Below, piece by piece: positions 47,400 through 58,740 of a stretch of 64,000 nt of DNA; the first letter of the stretch is position 1; the number at the start of each line of letters is the position of its first letter. This DNA is from Eukaryota sp. TZLM1-RC (Eukaryota > Protista > Metamonada: BaSk clade), in contig JAUPSS010000004.1 in assembly GCA_040285825.1 (NCBI GenBank), forward strand, positions 2,274,550-2,338,549, in the 5' to 3' direction. A model generated the notes under the pieces. It had not been told where the DNA came from, did not search any database, and was given only the letters and a program-made list of their open reading frames with translations. The translations under genes and the position numbers were made by a program.

Positions 47400-48444
47400 C
47401 TGATTTGAATCTCTGAATCATTTTTGCCTCAGATCTTGTGCGATTGATCTCAGCCCACCATCTTAGTTTCCTGAATATTTTTTGATGATAGACTTCACCA
47501 ACAATACTATCCACAAAATTCTTTTGTTTCATATACTCCATAAATCTGTCAAACCTGCAGCTTTTGCAATTGAATTGGGATAAAGTTGCTTCCCATTCCA
47601 CTACAGATTTAGTCTTGTGATCATTTTTTCTCAAATTGAATGAGCAATCAATTTCGTGGTAACATTGATTTCTTGAGGTACTTCACCTCTTAATAAACTA
47701 ATTGTTCTTTCAGTCATTTGATTAATTGCACTGCTGCTTAAATCCATTCTTTGTTGGTGCTCTTCAGATGGTTCATAATTGGATAGATCAATTACTCTAC
47801 CAGTAGATTAACTTATTGTGATAAGAGTGTCATTCCGTATGATGTCTCTTATTCTTTTGAATTTGGACCTTTTCGACTCAAATTTTCGTTGATTTTGAGT
47901 GTACCTGAAATGAACATATTTATCTCTCTCAGGTTTTTTTGAATGAGTCATTGCAGTAGCTAAATTGGCAGTAAAATAGAGTAGATCAAATTTTCCTGAA
48001 TCAGCAGCAGCAAGGATCATATTTTGGAATTCAGAAGGATTGATGTTGGGGTCATCAATATATTTTTCTTTATCTTTTAATTCTTTTGCAGTTACTTTGT
48101 ACTTTTCAAGTCCATTCTGGATTGAATGAAACTTAATGCTATTCCATTAGTCTCGATACTAGTCATGATGTACTTAAAATTTTCTGAATAAAGTTTAGTG
48201 TTCTTAATCTTATGCATTTTGAAAAAGGTATTCCATAAAACCAAATCAGCAGCTTGTATATTGCATTGGTAAGACGACCTTGGACCCTGTATGTCCTTGA
48301 ATTGGACAAAGAACAAGTCCAATAAACTTGTCTTGTCAACTCTGATATACGACGGAACACAAGAATTCTTCAAAGACAGAGCATGAAAGAGTGTGCTCTC
48401 CTCATCTTCTAAATAATTATTAATCTAAAACATTGTCCTCAAAC
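47400..48444 (-). pseudogene. Fanzor1-type nuclease (family Fz-3), central/RuvC-I part, truncated
   Basis: KNSCVPSYIRVD, SIETNGIALS, ADSGKFDLLY, FRYTQNQR, LSQFNCKSC, IFRKLRWWAEINRTRSE. Confidence 0.85.
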
Positions 48445-51400
48445 TTTTTTTTAAAATTTAATTTTATTCTAAACCTATAAATCAACATCTAAAAAATCCA
48501 TCTCTCCCAAAACAAAAACACTAGATGCAACTCTCTCATAGTGAGATCCAAGAGAAAGCAAAGCATCAGAAACCATCTTCAACATCCCCTTAAAAATAGA
48601 AAACACAATTCTATTTTGCCAAAACAATCTGTTGAAATTTCTGCCAGTTCTTCTCTTTACAATCATTTCAAAATCATCCAAAAAACGTAAAGCAGTTGGT
48701 GCAAGTGAACCAAAAAGGGAAAATACAAATGGATACAAATTGTATTTTGCATGCTGTTGACTGGCCAATTTGGACAAAGGTTCATTGTATTTTTTGAATT
48801 TAAACTTTTCAGCATTTGAAAGGGGATTATGAATTTCAGAATTAACAAGCCTTTCATTTGAGGCATTACAAGGATCAACAGACATTTCATCCAATAAAAT
48901 GAAGCTTCCATCTAATCCAAGTAATATGACATCACCTCTATTATTCTTATGAAAATCATTTTCAGCATCAAACAGATTTGACAACAAAGGTTCCAAGAAG
49001 GATTCAATTCTATGAGATTTACACATACAATATAACTTGTCTCTTACAGCATCATGAACCTTGCTTCTAAAAGTAATGAAATGTTTACAATTTAACAAAT
49101 GAGTAGTTGTAATTTCTCGAGAACATTTACAAATTAAATTATGAGGTAAATTATCAGGCCAGATAAAGGAACGAAATCTCATGTTCAGAGTCCAAGCAGA
49201 ATCGGATAAGAGAGTACCATAAACTTGTGGAATTGTTGTTACTAAGGCAGAAGAAGTACTGTCACACATATCTTGTAAAAGATTTGCAAAAGCGGGATTC
49301 TTTTTCTTGGCCAAGCCAAGTCTAACATCAAAATCCAAGCTTTCAAAAATCTTTGACAATTTTTATTGAAGCTTTTTACAGCAAAACTGTAAATTAAATA
49401 GAGATCGGTTTGGAATTTCTTGAATTGATTGAGGAAAACATTTGGTCCAAATTTGTGGCGGTAATTTTTCAAGTTCACAAGATAACTCATACAAATAGGG
49501 ACTACAATTGGGGACTAACAGATGAGAATCATCAGGAAATCTACGAGAAAATTCATAAATAAAATTTTTGCCACCACCCAAGAATGCTGATTGACACAAA
49601 ATTGAAGATTTAGTAAAACCAATACCACCCAAATTTGCTGAAGAAAATAAATGGCTTTTCAACATTCCTGGTTCTACATCCAATAAATCAGCAAAAAATT
49701 CTGTTCTCAATGAATTAAAAGAACGACAAAAATCTAATGCTATGGAAGGAGCACAAGATCTCAAAATGTGGGTTATCCTCCCAGTGTAGCAAATTTTAAG
49801 CATGAAAAATTTAATATGCTTTTCTATATCTAAAGAAGAAATTGAATCAAGTTCAATTTTCATTTTTTCCAAAATAACTTGCAATTCATTCTGAATTTGA
49901 GGCACATTTCCTAACCAACAACCAAGAAACTTAAAAGCATCACTACTATAATTAGTAAAAGGGACAATAGAATCGTTTATCACGAGGTCTTGAGCAGAAG
50001 AGCCAATCAGAAGGCATTTGCTGGCATTAAGATGAAGCCCAATATTTTCATATGAATCGGCAATTTCTTGAGCAACCAATTCTAGTAAATCAAATGAACC
50101 AATCAAGGATATATCATCCATATAAGCAACTATTTTTATAGAAGGGTATTTTTGCTTAATGATATTTAAAGTTTTGTGAATAGCTAAACAAAACAATAAT
50201 GGGCCTAAAGGATCTCCCTGCTTCACTCCAGAAGATGATTTAAGACCAAATAAATTAAAAATTAAATCTGATTCTTTCCCATAAAAATGGTAGAAAAAAC
50301 TCGATAGCTCAGGAAAATCAGATTTAATAACTTCAAAAATTGCTTCTCGCAATTACAGAATTAAAAGCATTTTTAAAGTCGAGATTAAAAATAAAATTAT
50401 TTTCCTCTGCATTAAAAAAGGTATCAGAGGCAATAGCAGCAACAGAAGCACCATCAATTGTTTTGATTCCAAATTGATGAGGATTCAAAAATGTAGAAGC
50501 TTTGTCTTTGACACAGACAAAGACAATTGATGTTAGCAAACGAGAAAGAGATTCACCAACAGCAATTGGGCGTATTCCATCAGGTTTGATTCCGTTTCCA
50601 GGCTTTACTAAAGCAATCAGACGTGCTGCGAGTAATTCAAATGGAGGATTAATTTTCACAACAATCAATTGTTGAAAATAGTGGGCTAGATCATCAGCAA
50701 TTTCGGGAGCACTGGAACACGCTATTTTTAACAGATCAAAAGAAATTCCAGATGGGCCTGCTGCTTTCCCCTTTGGCAATTTTTGAATAGCTTTAAGAAC
50801 TTCAATTGCAGTAATAGGATTTTTAATCCAAAAAGGACACACTTCAGGCTTGCTGCACTTGAAATTTTCTTGAGGATGCAACTTTTGAAGTTTTTCAAGG
50901 GTATCAGAGTTTGCATCAGCCAAAGAAGAGGAAAACAAAGACTGCTTTGCGGCACCATAACGACCACGTAAGCACAATTTACGGCAAATTTTTGATTTTA
51001 CAATTTTTCTATTTCCAAATTTTTTCTTAAAACAATTTTTATTTTTTCTAGCAAAATATTTCCAGTAGGATGAAATATTCCACTTATTATTTTTCAATTC
51101 AGAAGTAAAATTTCTCATTTCCATTGAGAAGGGGATTGTGCTGGCGGGACTTATTTCTACTGGAATCCGGATCGGGGGTCTTACGGTATCAACGGCTTTA
51201 CAATTCGTACAAAACAGAAGTTTTCGACCATTTCTTGAATCTGCAACATCTTTTTTGCAAAATGGACAACAAAAATTACTGTTTTCAGAAGGGGAAGAAG
51301 AGGGAACACTAGAAGCATTTAACTGTTGATCGTCAGAAACATTATTTTCAACACCTTTCACAACGGCAACAGCTGGAACAGAACATTTGAGAATTTGTTG

Positions 51401-51739
51401 AGCAGATTTTAATTCAAATTCTCTTTTTTGTTTCTCAGGGCACGTTCTCGAATTATGACCACTGATACCACAAATCGAACATTTTTTAGAACCTTTTAAT
51501 GGCATTGGTTTCATTTTTTCAGTTCTTTCTATTTTGTCAATTTGTGAGTTAAAAGTAGAAATAGACTTTTGACTTTTTGCAGTTTCAGCTGGAGAAAACA
51601 AATTTCGAGAAACGGAGTTGTTAATAGAACGCGCAACAGAACGTAAGGAACGTAATGGTGGTTTTTGTGTGTTTTTTCTGGTACAATGATCAATTTTTGA
51701 ATGAAAAATTTTTTGAGATGAATTTCGAGCATAGCTTGT
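48445..51739 (-). mobile_element. Near full-length CRE-like retrotransposon (family R-D): CCHC knuckle, RT, RLE; two frame disruptions
   Basis: CSICGISGHNSRTC; GKAAGPSG, RPIAVGE, DFKNAFNS, GVKQGDPLGP, YMDD; RLE RGDV..AEKFKFKKY; A tail; 13-bp TSD ATTGTCCTCAAAC at 48432-48444 and 51740-51752. Confidence 0.95.
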
Positions 51740-52050
51740 ATTGTCCTCAAACACAAATTTGATTTTGACGAAAAATCAAATTTTGAATATTTTTCCCTTT
51801 TGGAATTACTGGGATGTAAAAGAGGGATCTGGTCATTAATGAAAAGCGCAGTAATTGATGAGACTTTCTCATTGTAGAAGTTTCGCCATCAATATCTCTA
51901 CATCCTTCTAGAAGGAGGGATTTAACTTTGTTGATGAATGATGAGAAGTTTTCTTATCTTGTTTTTTCAGGACATTGTTGTTTCTCTTATCATCATAAAA
52001 AACATCGACAAACCGTAAAGTAATCAAAGTAATCCAAGTAATCAAAGTAA
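51740..52050 (-). pseudogene. Upstream remainder of Fz-3, separated by the R-D insertion
   Basis: Removing the insert rejoins CLRTM..INNYLEDEESTLFHALSLKNSCVPSY, a Fanzor1-like segment. Confidence 0.55.
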
Positions 52051-52051
52051 T
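52017..52051. repeat. 9-bp tandem repeat (aaagtaatc) x4
   Basis: aaagtaatc aaagtaatc caagtaatc aaagtaatg. Confidence 0.8.
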
Positions 52052-52431
52052 GCTCCTGAATGTTATTCTTGAAATTCACAATTAGTTTGTCAGTTTGAGT
52101 TCAAATGTTACCGCAGAACTTAGAGTTAAGAAAAAGAGAATGAGAAACTTATGAACTTCATAGTATGAACAATGAGTATAATATAATATATAATAAATAA
52201 TATGAGTATATAGTTTTGTCTGTGGTTTGCATCCACCGAAAGCAAATAAAGTAAGAATAGACGCCTTAATGAAACCTAAACCGCCATAATGTGGATATTC
52301 AAAGATATACAGATAGGAAGATGGTGGAGTTGATTCAGAAAAATTTTATACAATCCAAATAAAAAATAGTAATATAATAATATAATAATAAAAAAAGACG
52401 ATTTTTGTAATTTTGATTTTACTCATATCTC

Positions 52432-52863
52432 ATGCACAGAGTTGTCAGGAGAAATGCTAGTCCCCCATCAGGTTTTGAATTGATAGCAGATACTCTCAAT
52501 GACTTCAAATCACGAATGAGGGAGGCTGAGTGCCAGCCCCATGAAGGTCGTCGCAAATGCGAGACCCTTTGGCCTATACATAAACTAAACTTTGAAAGAA
52601 CCAGATATGTCTTTGACATGTATAAATCAAAGTCCATCGATAAGCAAGTAGTGGATTATTGCAAATCACATGGCCTAATAGACGCCCCTCTCTTTGCAAA
52701 GTGGAAGAAGCAAGGTTATGAGAGGCTGTGTTGCATTCAATGTATTCAGCCGAGTAGTCATAACTTTGGTACCACTTGTTTATGTAGGGTTCCACTAAAG
52801 GACAGAGAGAATGATAAACCTCTCAACTGTATGCATTGTGGGTGTTCAGGATGCTCAGGTTAA
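52432..52863 (+). CDS. BUD31: Pre-mRNA splicing factor BUD31/G10
   Basis: PPSGFELI..ETLWPI..AKWKKQGYERLCCIQC..TTCLCRVP..CMHCGCSGCSG. Confidence 0.96.
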   Translation: MHRVVRRNASPPSGFELIADTLNDFKSRMREAECQPHEGRRKCETLWPIHKLNFERTRYVFDMYKSKSIDKQVVDYCKSHGLIDAPLFAKWKKQGYERLCCIQCIQPSSHNFGTTCLCRVPLKDRENDKPLNCMHCGCSGCSG

Positions 52864-52907
52864 GCAACTATTCAAATAAATTCTATTTTATTAAACAAAT
52901 TATACAA

Positions 52908-53841
52908 TTAACGCTGCCTCAAAAGAACCAATTCGGTTTGTTTGAAGTAACGTTGGTCTTTATCTTCATCAATTAAAACCAAATTCAAATAATATCGCAC
53001 AGAAAACTTATTTTCAATATTAGCCATTGTAGGGGTCAGGTCATATCCCCCAAGTTGAAGTCTAATGGGAATGGACTCTCCACGAACGACAGAGCCATCC
53101 ATAACCTCATACTTAGCAATTGTTTCACCTTCAGAAGCAGAAGCATTATTGCCACTAATCTCCTTGCGAATGATGGCCAATTCCATATACTTGACCTTGA
53201 TTCGAACTAGCAGAAAGTAAACCTTACCAGTAACAATATCAGTGAGGTGATACTTTGACTTTTGATACTCAAACTCCAAATGAAGACGGTCCTCAATACC
53301 AACTTCTAGTCTGATAGGTTGATTCACAGAGGATATTGTGCCATATGTGTGAACGAGTAGGTCCTTCTCAGTGATGATGTTAGGGGTGAGGGATCTGGCA
53401 ATTGTGACACGGATGAAGTATCGAAGTTTGATGTTCTTTCCATGATATGTTTCATGGGGTTTCTCAACATTGGAGAAGTCAAAAGAGAAAGTTTGCACAG
53501 AATCAAGAGTTCCAGCGCCTTCCAACTCTTGCTCAGCTGACGTAAACTCAAATGGACGACCCTTTTCAATTGCTAGTTCTAAAGTAAATGGTGAGTCGAG
53601 AAAACAAACCAATTTGACCAAGCAGCTCTACCTTGATACCAAGATGTTCGATGCGTTTTTCAGGAAGGGGAGTAATAATTATTTGACCAGTGACGGGATC
53701 ATTACACTGAAAAAGGTGGACAAGGTGTTCAGGTTTAGACTTGGCCAAGGGAAGTTTCTTGCGACTATCTTCGTCAGAGAATTGAATGTCAATGGAAGCA
53801 GGATTTGTCACAGAGGTGATAAGGTTCTTGAGGCGAAGCAT
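52908..53841 (-). CDS. VPS26: Retromer subunit VPS26, with 31-nt GT-AG intron 53579-53609
   Basis: IEHLGIKVELLGQI/ELA; EKPHETYHGKNIKLRYF; EVGIEDRLHLEFEY; YEVMDG..RGESIPIRL; RYFKQ. Confidence 0.95.
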
Positions 53842-53898
53842 TAGAAACGATGTGATTAAAATTGAACAACTTTCATTTGCTGCTTTACGAACTTTCAA

Positions 53899-54972
53899 AT
53901 GCCAATGCTTCACGCTCACTCCCGTCTACTTTGGAGATTACTCATTGGTACTCTCTCAGCAGTTTCTCTTTTTGCCATTGTTTTATTTGTATCTAACTCT
54001 AACTCTTCTGCCAAAGTTTCCTCCTCTAAACCTCCTTCACGTTATTGCCTTGCTGCTGTTTCAGACGAAGACGAACGTTCTAAACAAAAAGATGGCAGGT
54101 TTCTTTCATACACCAAACTCGCAGTACTCTCTGCTGGCAGTGAGACAGAACCATGGAGAGTTCGGTGGGAAGACGAAGCTTCCTCCCTCTACTCCTTTAC
54201 GGGGTACAAAGGAAGAGGGATGGAACTCTCAGAACTTGTCAATTTCAATGGTGAAACTCTCGCATGTGATGATAGAACTGGCATCATTTACTCCATCAAA
54301 CCCAATAAAGCTATCCGTAAGTGGATGCTTAATGATGGTGATGGCAATCAGGAAAAGGGATTCAAATGCGAGTGGATGACTGTCAAGGACGGTTACCTCT
54401 ATGTTGGCTCTATTGGGAAGGAATGGACGTTTCCCAAGAATGACACTATAAGAAATGATCATACTCTGTACGTTAAGAAGATTTCTAAAAACGGTGAAAT
54501 TAGCTCAATTAAGTTTCATGATCAATACAATGCACTTCGGAAAGCTACAGGTACAACTCACCCTGGTTACATGATTCAGGAAGCTGTGGTTTGGTCAAAG
54601 GTTTACAAGCGATGGTTCTTTTTACCACGAAGAGTATCTCAACAAGCCTACAATGATGACCAGGATGAAAAGAGAGGTTCAAATTTAGTTTTGGTTGCTA
54701 GTGAAGACTTTGAAACTATCGAATCTAGACCAATTGGTCCTCTGGTTTCAACCAGGGGTTACTCTTCTGCCAAGATCTTGACACATAGACATGACGTTTT
54801 TGCAGTGTTGAAGTCAGAAGAAGTCAAGGGTGTAGTGAAGAGCTATTTTTCTGTGTTTAGCATTGATGGAACTGTATTCATTAAGGACCAATTCATCGGT
54901 AATTATAAGTTTGAGGGTCTGGAAATTGTTGATGATGAATGGTGTCTGGACTATTTTAATAAAAAGAGATGA
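53899..54972 (+). CDS. CANT1: Calcium-activated nucleotidase / apyrase (CANT1 family) with signal anchor
   Basis: GRGMELSEL..DDRTG; GFKCEWMTVKDGYLYVGSIGKEW; PGYMIQEAV.WS; WFFLPRR; KFEGLE. Confidence 0.93.
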   Translation: MPMLHAHSRLLWRLLIGTLSAVSLFAIVLFVSNSNSSAKVSSSKPPSRYCLAAVSDEDERSKQKDGRFLSYTKLAVLSAGSETEPWRVRWEDEASSLYSFTGYKGRGMELSELVNFNGETLACDDRTGIIYSIKPNKAIRKWMLNDGDGNQEKGFKCEWMTVKDGYLYVGSIGKEWTFPKNDTIRNDHTLYVKKISKNGEISSIKFHDQYNALRKATGTTHPGYMIQEAVVWSKVYKRWFFLPRRVSQQAYNDDQDEKRGSNLVLVASEDFETIESRPIGPLVSTRGYSSAKILTHRHDVFAVLKSEEVKGVVKSYFSVFSIDGTVFIKDQFIGNYKFEGLEIVDDEWCLDYFNKKR

Positions 54973-55161
54973 TTTTATTTACAAGTTTTGTTCAAAAAAA
55001 ATAAATAGAGTAGAAAGAATTAAACTAAAAGAATAAGCAAAATGAAAACTTCAGTTTCGTGCTGAAACAATAACAAGGAGGTCTTAATTCAAAGGAAAAG
55101 ATATTAAAAACAGCAAAAATACAGTGGAATTGGTAATTCACCAATCAAACAGGTGAATAGC

Positions 55162-56455
55162 TCACATCCTTCGATGCCTAAACAAATGCGTATTCTTGGA
55201 GTAACCCGTGTTGAACCCTCTTAGTGAAGTATTTGGAACACTGGGTCCCTTTGCAATGGCACCAAAACCATAAGGATCTGCTGGGGCTACAGGGGCAGGA
55301 GGGACACCGTTATTAGATAGTCCGGTTCGGAATAAGTGAGCCATACGTCTGTTGCGACTGTTCTTCATTACACTACTTTCAAACGTATTGACAGCGGGAA
55401 GAAAAGACCTGTCCCCCCGTGAAGGAGTTGGTGTAAGTGTGTTTATTGAAGTTAACGACTTTTGTCTGGTGAGGGGTAGAGACTCAGATTTGGAAGATGG
55501 CGCAGTAGCAGGTTCAGTCGCAATTCCTTCGAAAAATGGATGTTTCAATGCATCAGCAGCTGAAATAATGTTATTTTCATCAAGGTCCAGCATCTTTGTC
55601 AGCAAGTCTACACCAGAAGGGGACAGAACGCTTTGAAAACGACGGAAGAACTCATCTCTGTTCGGAGGCTTACCGCGATTGAATAGACTTCTGAATCGTG
55701 GATTTCTTTGAAAATGATCATTTACATTGCTGGGCAGTGGGCCTATCGACGATACAATGAGATTCAGCTGGTCCACATCACTATCTCCTGGAAAGAGGGG
55801 TTCGCCAGTGGCGAGTTCTGCCATAACACAACCAGTCGCCCAAATATCTACTGCTGAAGTATACGGAATTCCTAACAACAGTGAACTTGAACGGTACCAT
55901 CTGGTAGCTACGTACTGAGTAAGAGGGACATCCTCCACAACTGCTTCGGATGCATTGTGTTTCCTTGCGAATCCAAAATCACATAATAGAACAGTGTCAT
56001 CCTTTGTAACCAAGAGGTTTTCTGGTTTGATATCTCGATGCAAGACTCCGTTTTGATGTACAAAAGCCAAAGCTTTAAGAATCTGGTACACAAACAAGCG
56101 TAAACGATGTAGGGGAATACCCTTAGGGGATTCTTCTAAAACTTCCAACATATTATGTTCTGCATAGCCAAAAACTAAATAAAGCCTCCCTTTGTGCTTG
56201 AATGCTTTGAATAATTTAACCACGTTGCTGCAGTCCTGCATAAGACGTAACATTTTGACTTCACGGATGCTGATTCTTTCGATTGCCTCATCGTCTTCTG
56301 AGCTTTTGAAGCGCTTTATGGCAACTATGGTATTTGTTTCCTTATCACGACAGCGGAGAACTACTCCATAAGCACCTGTGATGAGTACTTAAAGGGGAGA
56401 AGATGTACAAACCTTCACCAATAACGTTGAGAACTTCATATTGATGCAGGCCCAT
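55162..56455 (-). CDS. CDKL-family (CDKL5/LF5-like) kinase, with 37-nt GT-AG intron 56376-56412
   Basis: YEVLNVIGEG/AYGVV..VAIKRFK..REVKMLR; HRDIKPENLL; DFGFAR; TQYVATRWYR. Confidence 0.9.
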
Positions 56456-56530
56456 AAGTCATGTGGGAAGCGAGGTTGTGAAAGGTATGTCTCCTAAAAT
56501 AGAATGTGTATGGGGGTAAGATCGAATTTA

Positions 56531-56550
56531 TACTGTGAATTTCACTTATC
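56531..56550 (-). other. Isolated exact 20-nt copy of the Fz-2 terminal sequence in the kinase promoter
   Basis: tactgtgaatttcacttatc is identical to 42669-42688 and 57979-57998. Confidence 0.85.
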
Positions 56551-56681
56551 GTACCAGGGATGACTAAAGTGGTCCAAAAAATGAAATTAAAGTACTTTAT
56601 TTACTTTAAGCTTTACTTTAAACTTTACTTAAAAAATTAATTTACGATAAACAAAAATATAACAAAAAAGAAACAAAAATT

Positions 56682-57935
56682 CTACTGAAAAAAGGACATA
56701 ATTGAAGCATAGGTACAGTTCACCATCAGAAGCAGACCAACTAAAATTATAAATCTTGCCACCACCCTCTTAAAACCTACGTTTTCCATTCCTTTTGTAC
56801 ATTTAAGATAAAATAAACCAGGAAAAACACATGTGATAAAGAAACCAAAAAGAGAACCAGAAACCCTAATTACTTTGGTTACGGATTCCTCCAAAATTGC
56901 AACAGCAACCGAAACACTGATGATACTAGTAGACAACACGGCCTGCCTTCTTCCCGCTTTTTCTGGTGATAAATCTTTAATGAAAACATTCTGGATCCCA
57001 TTTCTTAACCCAAAACAAACCAAGGGAAATGATAAGGCTATGGACAAACCCATAATAGCTCTACCAAAAGATGCTGCAATGTCACCGCTTCCATAGTTAT
57101 TCAGTATATCATCCTTAGTAGTACTTCTAAATGTGACATAACCAAGAGTAGCGGCCGAGCTATACAATACCAGACAAAGAGTAACAGAAAAAAAGATGAC
57201 AGCCCTAAATTTTCGTACTGATCTCTGTTTGAGCTCCTGATACATTTTTGGAATGTTGTAATGAGCAGTAAAAGAGACCCCCATAAGAGGAAGAGCTGCA
57301 AACAACTCAGTGGAAAACTTGAAATATTCGATTTCACCACGTGGCTCATAGATTACAAAAGTGTTGGTGTAAAGCCTATACCCCATCATTAAAATGAGAT
57401 AGATTGGACAGAACAGTGACGCAGCTGATGTATAGCGGAGAGCGTCGATGTTGGGAAGTAAGCATAGTGGGAGGAGGATCAGTAAAGCAGTGGCGATAAT
57501 GAGCACCCTGCGATCAAAGAACATTCTATGTGCGGTAGCAGGGAGAATAAACTGGCTTAGGGACGGCATAAAGTCTCCAAGGATGACACAATAGCTTATG
57601 CATGTTCCTGCAGTGTAGCAAACAATAAGACTCTCTACAACAGTACCAAAGGATTTCCCCAGTGTCTTTTTGGCGATACCTTTATAGCTATACTCATTAG
57701 TATGAGCACAGCACTCGGACAGAAAAGAAAAAGAAAATGCAGATATAAGAGCTACCAGAAGAAGCACAACAAGTCCGCTGATGAGCCCAGCATATAGAAT
57801 AGCATAGGACAATGTAAGGACAGCTGCGCCCGTGATCGCGTTACTGACGTTGGCGACAGATGAAAACACTGATGCGCCTTTAGAGTCGTCTTCAGGCACA
57901 GCATCATAATTGATGAGCAATTGTGACGATGACAT
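56682..57935 (-). CDS. Amino-acid transporter (Aa_trans / SLC38-like)
   Basis: SVANVSNAITGAAVLTL; ~11 hydrophobic helices; F..HYNIPKMYQEL; GYVTF..DILNNY. Confidence 0.92.
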   Translation of the reverse strand: MSSSQLLINYDAVPEDDSKGASVFSSVANVSNAITGAAVLTLSYAILYAGLISGLVVLLLVALISAFSFSFLSECCAHTNEYSYKGIAKKTLGKSFGTVVESLIVCYTAGTCISYCVILGDFMPSLSQFILPATAHRMFFDRRVLIIATALLILLPLCLLPNIDALRYTSAASLFCPIYLILMMGYRLYTNTFVIYEPRGEIEYFKFSTELFAALPLMGVSFTAHYNIPKMYQELKQRSVRKFRAVIFFSVTLCLVLYSSAATLGYVTFRSTTKDDILNNYGSGDIAASFGRAIMGLSIALSFPLVCFGLRNGIQNVFIKDLSPEKAGRRQAVLSTSIISVSVAVAILEESVTKVIRVSGSLFGFFITCVFPGLFYLKCTKGMENVGFKRVVARFIILVGLLLMVNCTYASIMSFFQ

Positions 57936-57977
57936 ATCTTCCAGGTCGATGTCTAATTTTCACAAGTTCAATACTTA

Positions 57978-58225
57978 CTACTGTGAATTTCACTTATCAT
58001 GCATTCCCCTGTGAAATTCACTCCTGTTTTCAACTTTCTCAATGTCTACTCACATGCTGTAAGAGACATGTAGCATCATTTGACAAAGAGAATCATGATT
58101 TTCATCAATGGGCTACCTCACTTAAATACACCTACTGCTTTCACAGAACAAAGCCTCGGGACTTGGTGTATCTAAGTGGATCTACCAAATGCTACTAAGT
58201 TATTTGTAGATCGGTCTCAAAAGAT
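57978..58225 (-). ncRNA. Putative Fanzor omegaRNA / element right end (Fz-2 copy B)
   Basis: Homologous to 42668-42900; additionally has a terminal inverted repeat GTGAATTTCAC..GTGAAATTCAC (57983-58021). Confidence 0.65.
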
Positions 58226-58307
58226 TTTCAAAAAAAAATCAAAAATAAAAAACTCAAAATCAAAAGTTTTTCGAAAATTATAGTTTCTGAATGCTCAGGT
58301 TCCCTAT

Positions 58308-58740
58308 TCATCTCCTCAACAGAGCTTCTGGGCAAATGTATCTTTCCGGCCACAATTCCGCTTTCTTCTTAATTTGAATATTGTTTGCAGCGGAAATATC
58401 TCTGTCATATACTATTTGACACTCAGTACAAATACGCATCTGCCATGAGCCTACTTGAATATTCTCGGCCATGCAACAACTTGACAGTTTGATTGCATTA
58501 AATTCACTGGTTGACAAGTGCTTCACGTCCTTTTGATAACACAGCCATTTTCTGAAAGTCCTTGCTGATATATATCGAATGACTTTTCGGCAATGAGAAG
58601 GGAAATAAGCAGAACCCACAGCAAGATAGAGTTTTTCAGGATGTCCAGCCAGCCTTTGAGATTTGTTGAGACTCTCTCTCTGAACCGTCTCTCTTTTCGT
58701 CTGCGGTTATCAAATTTATTTATTTTCCATTTCTGGCAAT
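58308..58740 (-). pseudogene. Fz-2 copy B, C-terminal half
   Basis: SEFNAIKLSSCC..CTEC..YDRDISAANNI..ALLRR*. Confidence 0.88.

Noticed and set aside
12218-57935. Alternative genetic code
   Set aside because: Conserved host genes translate fully with the standard code and end in TAA, TAG or TGA
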